A stretch of DNA of 64,000 bases, taken from the human T2T-CHM13v2.0 reference genome, Homo sapiens. Where the stretch lies: NCBI RefSeq assembly GCF_009914755.1, contig NC_060948.1; one strand, 5' to 3'. This document shows, one piece after another, positions 40,760 through 54,992 of this stretch (position 1 is its first letter; each line of letters opens with the position of its first letter). Both the position numbers and the translations under genes were made by a program. A model generated the notes under the pieces. That model had not been told where the DNA came from, did no database searches, and saw only the letters and a program-made list of their open reading frames with translations.

Positions 40760-43700
40760 AGGCCTGGAATAAAGTGGAATGCTACGGTCTCGAATGGAAT
40801 AAAAATATATGGAATGGAATGCAATGAAACGGAATCGAATGTCATAGAATGTAATGGAATGCAAAAAAATGGAATCCAAAATCATTGACTGGAAAGGCTG
40901 GGTGTCGAAAGGAATTGACTCCAATGGAATGGAATCGAATGGAATGGAAGTGAATAGAATCGAACTAAATCGAATGGAGTGGAATTGATAGGAACGGAAT
41001 GGAAAGGAATGCAATGATTTGGCATGGAATGGAATCGAATGGCATCGAATGGAATGGAATGGAATGCAATGGAATGGAATGTATTAGAATGTAATGAACT
41101 TTAATGGAATGTACTCGAATGGATTCGACTGGAATGGAATGTTCTGGAAGTGAATGGACTCCAATGGAATGGATTCAAAAGGAATGGAATCGTACGGAAT
41201 GGAATCTAATGGAATGGAATTAAATGGAAATGAATCAAATTGAATAGCACGGAATTGAATTGAATGGAATCGAATGCAATGGAATCTAATGAAACGGAAA
41301 GGAAAGGAATGCAATGGAATGGAATGGGCTGGAATGGAAAGGAATCGAAACGAATGGAATGGAATCGAACTGAAGAGACTGGAATGGAATGCACTGGAAT
41401 GGAAGGGAGTGTAATGGAAGGTTCTCGAAAAAAATGGAATCGAATGGAATGGAATTGAATGGAACGGAATAGAGTCGAATGGAATTGAATGGAATGGAAT
41501 GGAGTAGAGTGAAATGGAATCGAACCACAAGGAATGGACAGGAATAGAATGGTCTCGAATTGAATGGAATCGTATGGAATGGCATCAAACGGAATGGAAT
41601 GGACAGCCACGGAATGGAATGCACTCGAATGCAATGGAGTCGAAACTAATGGACTGGAATAGAATGGACTCGACTGGTACGGACTCCAATGGAATGGAAT
41701 CGAATGGAAGGGAATCGAACGGAAGGGAATCGAACGGAATGGACTTGAAGGGAAAAGACTGCAATGGAAAGGTCTCGAATGGAATGGAAATTAATGGAAT
41801 GGAATGGAATCGAATGAAATGGAGTCAAAATGAATGGAATCGAATGGCAAGAAATCGAATGTAATGGAATCGCCAGGAATTGATGTGAACGGAACGGAAT
41901 GGAATGGAATCCAAAGGAATGGAATAGAATGGAATGGAATCGAATGGAAAGGACTCGAATGGAAATCACTCGAATAGAATGCAATTTAATAAAATAGGAT
42001 CAAATGTAATGGAATGGAATGGAAAGGAATCGAAACGAAAGGAATGGAGACAGATGGAATGGAATGGAACAGAGAGCAATGGTATAGAATGGAATGGAAT
42101 CATCTGGAATGGAATTGAATGGAATGGAATAATATGAAATGGAATGGAATGGAATGGAATGGAATGCCCTTGAATTAAATGGACTGGAATGGAATGGACT
42201 CAAACAGAGTGGAATGGAAAGTGTGGAGATAGAATGGAATGAACTCCTTTGGAATGGTCTAGTAGGCAATGCAATCGACTGGCAGGGAATCAAAAGGAAT
42301 GTAATCGAATGGATTGGACTGGAATGCAATGGACTCGAATAGATTGGAAACGGAATGCAAAGAATGGAATGGAATAGTATGGAATGGAATGGAAAGGAAT
42401 GGAGTGGAACAGACTAGAGTGGAATGGAATGGACTGGAAAGCAATGGACTGGAATGGAACTTTCTTGAATGGACTGGAATCAAACGGAATGGAATGCAAT
42501 GCAATCAAATGGCATGGAATAAAATAGAATGAAAGAGAATCAAATGGAATTGAATCGAATGGAATCGAATGGATTGGAAAGGAATAGAATGGAATGGAAT
42601 GGAATTGACTCAAATGGAATCTACTAGAATGGAATGGATTCGAATGGAAGGCAAAGGAATGGAATCTATTGGAATGGACTGTAATGGAATGGAATGGAAG
42701 GGATTGGAATGGACTCGAATGGAATGGACTGCAATAGAAAGGATTCGAATGGAATGAAAAAGAATTGAATGGAATAGAACAGAATGGAATCAAATCGAAT
42801 GAAATGGAATGGAATAGAAAGGAATGGAATGAAATGGAATGGAAAGGATTCGAATGGAATGCAATCGAATGGAATGGAATCGAACGGAATGGAATAAAAT
42901 GGAAGAAAACTGGCAAGAAATGGAATCGAAATGAATGGAGTGTTATGGAACGGACTCAAAAGGAATTGAATGTAATAGAATGGAGTGGAGTGGACTCGAA
43001 TATAATGGACTGGAATGGAATGAAATCACATGGAATGGGAACGAATGGAATGGAATGGAAAGGAATGGAATCGAATGGAAAGGAATCGAATGGAAGGGAA
43101 TGAAATTGAATCAACAGGAATGGAAGGGAATAGAATAGACGGTAATGGAATGGACTCGAATAGAATGGACACGAATGCTGAAATTGAATGGACTCGAATG
43201 GAATGGAAACGAAAGGAATGTCATCGAATGGAATTGAATCGATTGGAATGAAATCGCATAGAATGGAGTGGAATCAAATGGAATTGAATCGAAAGGAAAG
43301 GAAGCGAATGGACTGAAATGAAATGGAATGGAATTGAATGGAAAGTAATGCAATGGAATAGAATGGAACGAAATTTCACGGAATGGAATCAAACTGAATG
43401 GAATCAAATCAATGGAATCAAATCAAATGGAATGGAAAGGAATTGAATGGAGTAGATGGGATTGGATGGGATTGGAATGAAATGTACTGGAAAGGACTCG
43501 AATTTCATGAAACGGAATGGAATGAATTGGAACGGAATGGACTCGAATGGAATGGAATGTCATGGGATGGCATCAAATGGAATGGCATCAAATGGAATGG
43601 AATCGAATGCAATGGAATGCTATGGAATGGAATGGAATGCATTGGAATGGAATGTCCTCTAATGGAATGGATTCGAGTGGAATGGAATTGAATATAATGG

Positions 43701-44322
43701 AGTCGAATGAAATGGAATTGAAAGGAATGGGATCGAATACAATGGAATATACTGGAATGTAACGTAATGAACTCGAATATAATTAACTGGAATGGAATGT
43801 ACATGAATGGAATGTAATCGAATGGAAAGTAATCCAATGGAATAGAATCTAATGCAATAAAATCGACTCAGATAGAGTAGAATGTAATGGAATGGAGTGC
43901 AGTGCAATGGAATGGAATGGAATGGAATGCAATGGAATGGAATGGAATGGAATGGAATGGAATGGAATGGAATGGGATGGAATGGTATGGAATGGATAGT
44001 AATGGACTGGAGTGAAATGGACTGGAAAGGAATGGACTCAAATTGAAAGGGCTCGAAAGGAATGGATTCAAATGGAATGGTCTGGAATGGAATGAACACG
44101 AATGTAATGCAACCCAATAGAATGGAATCGAATGGCATGGAATGTAAAGAAATGGAATCGAAGAGAATGGAAACAAATGGAATGGAATTGAATGGAATGG
44201 GAACGAATGGAGTGAAATTGTATGCAGTAGAAGAGAATAGAATGGAATGCAAGCGAAAGGAAAGGAATGGATTGGAATGGAATGGAATTCATTGGAATGG
44301 AAGGGAATGTAGTGTAATGGAC
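40760..44322 (+). repeat. DYZ1 unit 12 (3563 bp)
   Basis: AGGCCT at 40760 and 44323. Confidence 0.9.
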
Positions 44323-47300
44323 AGGCCTGGAATAAAGTGGAATGCTACGGTCTCGAATGGAATAAAAATGTATGGAATGGAATGCAATGAAACGGAATCG
44401 AATGTCATAGAATGTAATGGAATGCAAAAAAATGGAATCCAAAATCATTGACTGGAAAGTCTGGGTGTCGAAAGGAATTGACTCCAATGGAATGGAATCG
44501 AATGGAATGGAAGTGAATAGAATCGAACTAAATCGAATGGAATGGAATTGATAGGAACGGAATGGAAAGGAATGCAATGATTTGGCATGGAATGGAATCG
44601 AATGGCATCGAATGGAATGGAATGGAATGCAATGGAATGGAATGTATTAGAATGTAATGAACTTTAATGGAATGTACTCGAATGGATTCGACTGGAATGG
44701 AATGTTCTGGAAGTGAATGGACTCCAATGGAATGGATTCAAAAGGAATGGAATCGTACGGAATGGAATCTAATGGAATGGAATTAAATGGAAATGAATCA
44801 AATTGAATAGCACGGAATTGAATTGAATGGAATCGAATGCAATGGAATCTAATGAAACGGAAAGGAAAGGAATGCAATGGAATGGAATGGAATGGAATGC
44901 AAATGAATCGAAACGAATGGAATGGAATCGAACTGAAGAGACTGGAATGGAATGCACTGGAATGGAAGGGAGTGTAATGGAAGGTTCTCGAAAAAAATGG
45001 AATCGAATGGAATGGAATTGAATGGAACGGAATAGAGTCGAATGGAATTGAATGGAATGGAATGGACTAGAGTGAAATGGAATCGAACCACAAGGAATGG
45101 ACAGGAATAGAATGGTCTCGAATTGAATGGAATCGTATGGAATGGCATCAAACGGAATGGAAAGGACAGCCACGGAATGGAATGCACTCGAATGCAACGG
45201 AGTCGAAACTAATGGACTGGAATAGAATGGACTCGACTGGTACGGACTCCAATGGAATGGAATCGAATGGAAGGGAATCGAACGGAATGGACTCGAAGGG
45301 AAAAGACTGCAATGGAAAGGTCTCGAATGGAATGGAAATTAATGGAATGGAATGGAATCGAATGAAATGGAGTCAAAAGGAATGGAATCGAATGGCAAGA
45401 AATCGAATGTAATGGAATCGCAAGGAATTGATGTGAACGGAACGGAATGGAATGGAATCCAAAGGAATGGAATAGAATGGAATGGAATCGAATGGAAAGG
45501 ACTGGAATGGAAATCACTCGAATAGAATGCAATTTAATAAAATAGGGTCAAATGTAATGGAATGGAATGGAAAGGAATCGAAACGAAAGGAATGGAGACA
45601 GATGGAATGGAATGGGACAGAGAGCAATGGTATAGAATGGAATGGAATCATCTGGAATGGAATTGAATGGAATGGAATAATATGAAATGGAATGGAATGG
45701 AATGGAATGGAATGCCCTTGAATTAAATGGACTGGAATGGAATGGACTCGAACAGAGTGGAATGGAAAGTGTGGAGATAGAATGGAATGGACTCTTTTGG
45801 AATGGTCTAGTATGCAATGCAATCGACTGGCAGGGAATCAAAAGGAATGTAATCGAATGCATTAGACTGGAATGCAATGGACTCGAATAGATTGGAAACG
45901 GAATGCAAAGGAATGGAATGGAATAGTATGGAATGGAATGGAAAGGAATGGAGTGGAATAGACTAGAGTGGAATGGAATGGACTGGAAAGCAATGGACTG
46001 GAATGGAACTTTCTTGAATGGACTGGAATCAAACGGAATGGAATGCAATGCAATCAAATGGCATGGAATAAAATAGAATGAAAGAGAATCAAATGGAATT
46101 GAATCGAATGGAATCGAATGGATTGGAAAGGAATAGAATGGAATGGAATGGAATTGACTCAAATGGAATGGACTAGAATGGAATGGATTCGAATGGAAGG
46201 CAAAGGAATGGAATCTATTGGAATGGACTGTAATGGAATGGAATGGAAGGGATTGGAATGGACTCGAATGGAATGGACTGCAATAGAAAGGATTCGAATG
46301 GAATGAAAAAGAGTTGAATGGAATAGAACAGAATGGAATCAAATCGAATGAAATGGAATGGAATAGAAAGGAATGGAATGAAATGGAATGGAAAGGATTC
46401 GAATGGAATGCAATCGAATGGAATGGAATCGAACGGAATGGAATAAAATGGAAGAAAACTGGCAAGAAATGGAATCGAAATGAATGGAGTGTTATGGAAC
46501 GGACTCAAAAGGAATTGAATGTAATAGAATGGAGTGGAGTGGACTCGAATATAATGGACTGGAATGGAATGAAATCACATGGAATGGGAACGAATGGAAT
46601 GGAATGGAAAGGAATGGAATCGAATGGAAAGGAATCGAATGGAAGGGAATGAAATTGAATCAACAGGAATGGAAGGGAATAGAATAGACGGTAATGGAAT
46701 GGACTCGAATAGAATGGACACGAATGCTCAAATTGAATGGACTCGAATGGAATGGAAACGAAAGGAATGTCATCGAATGGAATTGAATCGATTGGAATGA
46801 AATCGCATAGAATGGAGTGGAATCAAATGGAATTGAATCGAAAGGAAAGGAAGCGAATGGACTGAAATGAAATGGAATGGAATTGAATGGAAAGTAATGC
46901 AATGGAATAGAATGGAACGAAATTTCACGGAATGGAATCAAACTGAATGGAATCAAATCAATGGAATCAAATCAAATGGAATGGAAAGGAATTGAATGGA
47001 GTAGATTGGATTGGATGGGATTGGAATGAAATGTACTGGAAAGGACTCGAATTTCATGAAACGGAATGGAATGAATTGGAACGGAATGGACTCGAATGGA
47101 ATGGAATGTCATGGAATGGCATCAAATGGAATGGCATCAAATGGAATGGAATCGAATGCAATGGAATGCTATGGAATGGAATGGAATGCATTGGAATGGA
47201 ATGTCCTCTAATGGAATGGATTCGAGTGGAATGGAATCGAATATAATGGAGTCGAATGAAAAGGAATTGAAAGAATGGGATCGAATACAATGGAATATAC

Positions 47301-47890
47301 TGGAATGTAATGTAATGAACTCGAATGTAATTGACTGGAATGGAATGTACATGAATGGAATGTAATCGAATGGAAAGTAATCCAATGGAATAGAATCTAA
47401 TGCAATAAAATCGACTCAGATAGAGTAGAATGTAATGGAATGGAGTGCAGTGCAATGGAATGGAATGGAATGGAATGCAATGGAATGGAATGGAATGGAA
47501 TGGAATGGAATGGAATGGAATGGAATGGGATGGAATGGTATGGAATGGATAGTAATGGACTGGAATGAAATGGACTGGAAAAGAATGGACTCAAATTGAA
47601 AGGGCTCGAAAGGAATGGAGTCAAATGGAATGGTCTGGAATGGAATGAACACGAATGTAATGCAATCCAATAGAATGGAATCGAATGGCATGGAATATAA
47701 AGAAATGGAATCGAAGAGAATGGAAACAAATGGAATGGAATTGAATGGAATGGAATTGAATGGAATGGGAACGAATGGAGTGAAATTGTATGCAGTAGAA
47801 GAGAATAGAATGGAATTCAAGCGAAAGGAAAGGAATGGATTGCAATGGAATGGAATTCATTGGAATGGAAGGGAATGTAGTGTAATGGAC
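44323..47890 (+). repeat. DYZ1 unit 13 (3568 bp)
   Basis: AGGCCT at 44323 and 47891. Confidence 0.9.
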
Positions 47891-50800
47891 AGGCCTGGAA
47901 TAAAGTGGAATGTTACGGTCTCGAATGGAATAAAAATGTATGGAATGGAATGCAATGAAACGGAATCGAATGTCATAGAATGTAATGGAATGCAAAAAAA
48001 TGGAATCCAAAATCATTGACTGGAAAGGCTGGGTGTCGAAAGGAATTGACTCCAATGGAATGGAATCGAATGGAATGGAAGTGAATAGAATCGAACTAAA
48101 TCGAATGGAATGGAATTGATAGGAACGGAATGGAAAGGAATGCAATGATTTGGCATGGAATGGAATCGAATGGCATCGAATGGAATGGAATGGAATGCAA
48201 TGGAATGGAATGTATTAGAATGTAATGAACATTAATGGAATGTACTCGAATGGATTCGACTGGAATGGAATGTTCTGGAAGTGAATGGACTCCAATGGAA
48301 TGGATTCGAAAGGAATGGAATCGAACGGAATGGAATCTAATGGAATGGAATTAAATGGAAATGAATCAAATTGAATAGCACGGAATTGAATTGAATGGAA
48401 TCGAATGCAATGGAATCTAATGAAACGGAAAGGAAAGGAATGGAATGGAATGGAATGGGCTGGAATGGAAAGGAATCGAAACGAATGGAATGGAATCGAA
48501 CTGAAGAGACTGGAATGGAATGCACTGGAATGGAAGGGAGTGTAATGGAAGGTTCTCGAAAATAATGGAAGCAAATGGAATGGAATTGAATGGAACGGAA
48601 TAGAGTCGAATGGAATTGAATGGAATGGAATGGACTAGAGTGAAATGGAATCGAACCACAAGGAATGGACAGGAATAGAATGGTCTCGAATTGAATGGAA
48701 TCGTATGGAATGGCATCAAACGGAATGGAATGGACAGCCACGGAATGGAATGCACTCGAATGCAATGGAGTCGAAACTTATGGACTGGAATAGAATGGAC
48801 TCGACTGGTACGGACTCCAATGGAATGGAATCGAATGGAAGGGATTCGAACGGAATGGACTCGAAGGGAAAAGACTGCAATGGAAAGGTCTCGAATGGAA
48901 TGGAAATTAATGGAATGGAATGGAATCGAATGAAATGGAGTCAAAAGGAATGGAATCGAATGGCAAGAAATCGAATGTAATGGAATCGCAAGGAATTGAT
49001 GTGAACGGAACGGAATGGAATGGAATCCAAAGGAATGGAATAGAATGGAATGGAATCGAATGGAAAGGACTCGAATGGAAATCACTCGAATAGAATGCAA
49101 TTTAATAAAATAGGATCAAATGTAATTGAATAGAATGGAAAGGAATCGAAACGAAAGGAATGGAGACAGATGGAATGGAATGGAACAGAGAGCAATGGTA
49201 TAGAATGGAATGGAATCATCTGGAATGGAATTGAATGGAATGGAATAATATGAAATGGAATGGAATGGAATGGAATGGAATGCCCTTGAATTAAATGGAC
49301 TGGAATGGAATGGACTCGAACAGAGTGGAATGGAAAGTGTTGAGATAGAATGGAATGGACTCTTTTGGAATGGTCTAGTATGCAATGCAATCGACTGGCA
49401 GGGAATCAAAAGGAATGTAATCGAATGGATTAGACTGGAATGCAATGGACTCGAATAGATTGGAAACGGAATGCAAAGGAATGGAATGGAATAGTATGGA
49501 ATGGAATGGAAAGGAATGGAGTGGAATAGACTAGAGTGGAATGGAATGGACTGGAAAGCAATGGACTGGAATGGAACTTTCTTGAATGGACTGGAATCAA
49601 ACGGAATGGAATGCAATGCAATCAAATGGCATGGAATAAAATAGAATGAAAGAGAATCAAATGGAATTGAATCGAATGGAATCGAATGGATTGGAAAGGA
49701 ATAGAATGGAATGGAATGGAATTGACTCAAATGGAATGGACTAGAATGGAATGGATTCGAATGGAAGGCAAAGGAATGGAATCTATTGGAATGGACTGTA
49801 ATGGAATGGAATGGAAGGGATTGGAATGGACTCGAATGGAATGGACTGCAATAGAAAGGATTCGAATGGAATGAAAAAGAGTTGAATGGAATAGAACAGA
49901 ATGGAATCAAATCGAATGAAATGGAATGGAATAGAAAGGAATGGAATGAAATGGAATGGAAAGGATTCGAATGGAATGCAATCGAATGGAATGGAATCGA
50001 ACGGAATGGAATAAAATGGAAGAAAACTGGCAAGAAATGGAATCGAAATGAATGGAGTGTTATGGAACGGACTCAAAAGGAATTGAATGTAATAGAATGG
50101 AGTGGAGTGGACTCGAATATAATGGACTGGAATGGAATGAAATCACATGGAATGGGAACGAATGGAATGGAATGGAAAGGAATGGAATCGAATGGAAAGG
50201 AATCGAATGGAAGGGAATGAAATTGAATCAACAGGAATGGAAGGGAATAGAATAGACGGTAATGGAATGGACTCGAATAGAATGGACACGAATGCTCAAA
50301 TTGAATGGACTCGAATGGAATGGAAACGAAAGGAATGTCATCGAATGGAATTGAATCGATTGGAATGAAATCGCATAGAATGGAGTGGAATCAAATGGAA
50401 TTGAATCGAAAGGAAAGGAAGCGAATGGACTGAAATGAAATGGAATGGAATTGAATGGAAAGTAATGCAATGGAATAGAATGGAACGAAATTTCACGGAA
50501 TGGAATCAAACTGAATGGAATCAAATCAATGGAATCAAATCAAATGGAATGGAAAGGAATTGAATGGAGTAGATTGGATTGGATGGGATTGGAATGAAAT
50601 GTACTGGAAAGGACTCGAATTTCATGAAACGGAATGGAATGAATTGGAACGGAATGGACTCGAATGGAATGGAATGTCATGGAATGGCATCAAATGGAAT
50701 GGCATCAAATGGAATGGAATCGAATGCAATGGAATGCTATGGAATGGAATGGAATGCATTGGAATGGAATGTCCTCTAATGGAATGGATTCGAGTGGAAT

Positions 50801-51464
50801 GGAATCGAATATAATGGAGTCGAATGAAAAGGAATTGAAAGGAATGGGATCGAATACAATGGAATATACTGGAATGTAATGTAATGAACTCGAATGTAAT
50901 TGACTGGAATGGAATGTACATGAATGGAATGTAATCGAATGGAAAGTAATCCAATGGAATAGAATCTAATGCAATAAAATCGACTCAGATAGAGTAGAAT
51001 GTAATGGAATGGAGTGCAGTGCAATGGAATGGAATGGAATGGAATGCAATGGAATGGAATGGAATGGAATGGAATGGAATGGAATGGAATGGAATGGAAT
51101 GGGATGGAATGGTATGGAATGGATAGTAATGGACTGGAATGAAATGGACTGGAAAAGAATGGACTCAAATTGAAAGGGCTCGAAAGGAATGGAGTCAAAT
51201 GGAATGGTCTGGAATGGAATGAACACGAATGTAATGCAATCCAATAGAATGGAATCGAATGGCATGGAATATAAAGAAATGGAATCGAAGAGAATGGAAA
51301 CAAATGGAATGGAATTGAATGGAATGGAATTGAATGGAATGGGAGCGAATGGAGTGAAATTGTATGCAGTAGAAGAGAATAGAATGGAATTCAAGCGAAA
51401 GGAAAGGAATGGATTGCAATGGAATGGAATTCATTGGAATGGAAGGGAATGTAGTGTAATGGAC
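47891..51464 (+). repeat. DYZ1 unit 14 (3574 bp)
   Basis: AGGCCT at 47891 and 51465. Confidence 0.9.
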
Positions 51465-54400
51465 AGGCCTGGAATAAAGTGGAATGTTACGGTCTCGAAT
51501 GGAATAAAAATGTATGGAATGGAATGCAATGAAACGGAATCGAATGTCATAGAATGTAATGGAATGCAAAAAAATGGAATCCAAAATCATTGACAGGAAA
51601 GGCTGGGTGTCGAAAGGAATTGACTCCAATGGAATGGAATCGAATGGAATGGAAGTGAATAGAATCGAACTAAATCGAATGGAATGGAATTGATAGGAAC
51701 GGAATGGAAAGGAATGCAATGATTTGGCATGGAATGGAATCGAATGGCATCGAATGGAATGCAATGGAATGGAATGTATTAGAATGTAATGAACTTTAAT
51801 GGAATGCACTCGAATGGATTCGACTGGAATGGAATGTTCTGGAAGTGAATGGACTCCAATGGAATGGATTCAAAAGGAATGGAATCGTACGGAATGGAAT
51901 CTAATGGAATGGAATTAAATGGAAATGAATCAAATTGAATAGCACGGAATTGAATTGAAAGGAATGGAATGCAATGGAATCTAATGAAACGGAAAGGAAA
52001 GGAATGGAATGGAATGGAATGGGCTGGAATGGAAAGGAATCGAAACGAATGGAATGGAATTGAAGTGAAGAGACTGCAATGGAATGCACTGGAATGGAAG
52101 GTTCTCGAAAAAAATGGAATCGAATGGAATGGAATTGAATGGAACGGAATAGTGTCGAATGGAATTGAATGGAATGGAATGGACTAGAGTGAAATGGAAT
52201 CGAACCACAAGGAATGGACAGGAATAGAATGGTCTCGAATTGAATGGAATCGTATGGAATGGCATCAAACGGAATGGAATGGACAGCCACGGAATGGAAT
52301 GCACTCGAATGCAATGGAGTCGAAACTAATGGACTGGAATAGAATGGACTCGACTGGTACGGACTCCAATGGAATGGAATCGAATGGAAGGGAATCGAAT
52401 GGAAGGGAATCGAACGGAATGGACTCGAAGGGAAAAGACTGCAATGGAAAGGTCTCGAATGGAATGGAAATTAATGGAATGGAGTGGAATCGAATGAAAT
52501 GGAGTCAAAAGGAATGGAATCGAATGGCAAGAAATCGAATGTAATGGAATCGCCAGGAATTGATGTGAACGGAACGGAATGGAATGGAATCCAAAGGAAT
52601 GGAATAGAATGGAATGGAATCGAATGGAAAGGACTCGAATGGAAATCACTCGAATAGAATGCAATTTAATAAAATAGGATCAAATGTAATGGAATGGAAT
52701 GGAAAGGAATCGAAAGAAAGGAATGGAGACAGATGGAATGGAATGGAACAGAGAACAATGGTATAGAATGGAATGGAATCATCTGGAATGGAATTGAATG
52801 GAATGGAATAATATGAAATGGAATGGAATGGAATGGAATGGAATGCCCTTGAATTAAATGGACTGGAATGGAATGGACTCAAACAGAGTGGAATGGAAAG
52901 TGTGGAGATAGAATGGAATGAACTCCTTTGGAATGGTGTAGTATGCAATGCAATCGACTGGCAGGGAATCAAAAGGAATGTAATCGAATGGATTGGACTG
53001 GAATGCAATGGACTCGAATAGATTGGAAACGGAATGCAAAGGAATGGAATGGAATAGTATGGAATGCAATGGAAGGGAATGGAGTGGAATAGACTAGAGT
53101 GGAATGGAATGGACTGGAAAGCAATGGACTGGAATGGAACTTTCTTGGATGGACTGGAATCAAACGGAATAGAATGCAATGCAATCAAATGGCATGGAAT
53201 AAAATAGAATGAAAGAGAATCAAATGGAATTGAATCGAATGGAATCGAATGGATTGGAAAGGAATAGAATGGAATGGAATGGAATTGACTCAAATGGAAT
53301 GGACTAGAATGGAATGGATTCGAATGGAAGGCAAAGGAATGGAATCTATTGGAATGGACTGTAATGGAATGGAATGGAAGGGATTGGAATGGACTCGAAT
53401 GGAATGGACTGCAATAGAAAGGATTCGAATGGAATGAAAAAGAATTGAATGGAATAGAACAGAATGGAATCAAATCGAATGAAATGGAATGGAATAGAAA
53501 GGAATGGAATGAAATGGAATGGAAAGGATTCGAATGGAATGCAATCGAATGGAATGGAATCGAACGGAATGGAATAAAATGGAAGAAAACTGGCAAGAAA
53601 TGGAATCGAAATGAATGGAGTGTTATGGAACGGACTCAAAAGGAATTGAATGTAATAGAATGGAGTGGAGTGGACTCGAATATAATGGACTGGAATGGAA
53701 TGAAATCACATGGAATGGGAACGAATGGAATGGAATGGAAAGGAATGGAATCGAATGGAAAGGAATCGAATGGAAGGGAATGAAATTGAATCAACAGGAA
53801 TGGAAGGGAATAGAATAGACTGTAATGGAATGGACTCGAATAGAATGGACACGAATGCTCAAATTAAATGGACTCGAATGGAATGGAAACGAAAGGAATG
53901 TCATCGAATGGAATTGAATCGATTGGAATGAAATCGCATAGAATGCAGTGGAATCAAATGGAATTGAATCGAAAGGAAAGGAAGCGAATGGACTGAAATA
54001 AAATGGAATGGAATTGAATGGAAAGTAATGCAATGGAATAGAATGGAACGAAATTTCACGGAATGGAATCAAACTGAATGGAATCAAATCAATGGAATCA
54101 AATCAAATGGAATGGAAAGGAATTGAATGGAGTAGATGGGATTGGATGGGATTGGAATGAAATGTACTGGAAAGGACTCGAATTTCATGAAACGGAATGG
54201 AATGAATTGGAACGGAATGGACTCGAATGGAATGGAATGTCATGGGATGGCATCAAATGGAATGACATCAAATGGAATGGAATCGAATGCAATGGAATGC
54301 TATGGAATGGAATGGAATGCATTGGAATGGAATGTCCTCTAATGGAATGGATTCGAGTGGAATGGAATTGAATATAATGGAGTCGAATGAAATGGAATTG

Positions 54401-54992
54401 AAAGGAATGGGATCGAATACAATGGAATATACTGGAATGTAACGTAATGAACTCGAATGTAATTGACTGGAATGGAATGTACATGAATGGAATGTAATCG
54501 AATGGAAAGTAATCCAATGGAATAGAATCTAATGCAATAAAATCGACTCAGATAGAGTAGAATGTAATGGAATGGAGTGCAGTGCAATGGAATGGAATGG
54601 AATGGAATGCAATGGAATGGAATGGAATGGAATGGAATGGAATGGGATGGAATGGTATGGAATGGATAGTAATGGACTGGAGTGAAATGGACTGGAAAGG
54701 AATGGACTCAAATTGAAAGGTCTCGAAAGGAATGGAGTCAAATGGAATGGTCTGGAATGGAATGAACACGAATGTAATGCAACCCAATAGAATGGAATCG
54801 AATGGCATGGAATATAAAGAAATGGAATCGAAGAGAATGGAAACAAATGGAATGGAATTGAATGGAATGGGAACGAATGGAGTGAAATTGTATGCAGTAG
54901 AAGAGAATAGAATGGAATTCAAGCGAAAGGAAAGGAATGGATTGCAATGGAATGGAATTCATTGGAATGGAAGGGAATGTAGTGTAATGGAC
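51465..54992 (+). repeat. DYZ1 unit 15 (3528 bp)
   Basis: AGGCCT at 51465 and 54993. Confidence 0.9.
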
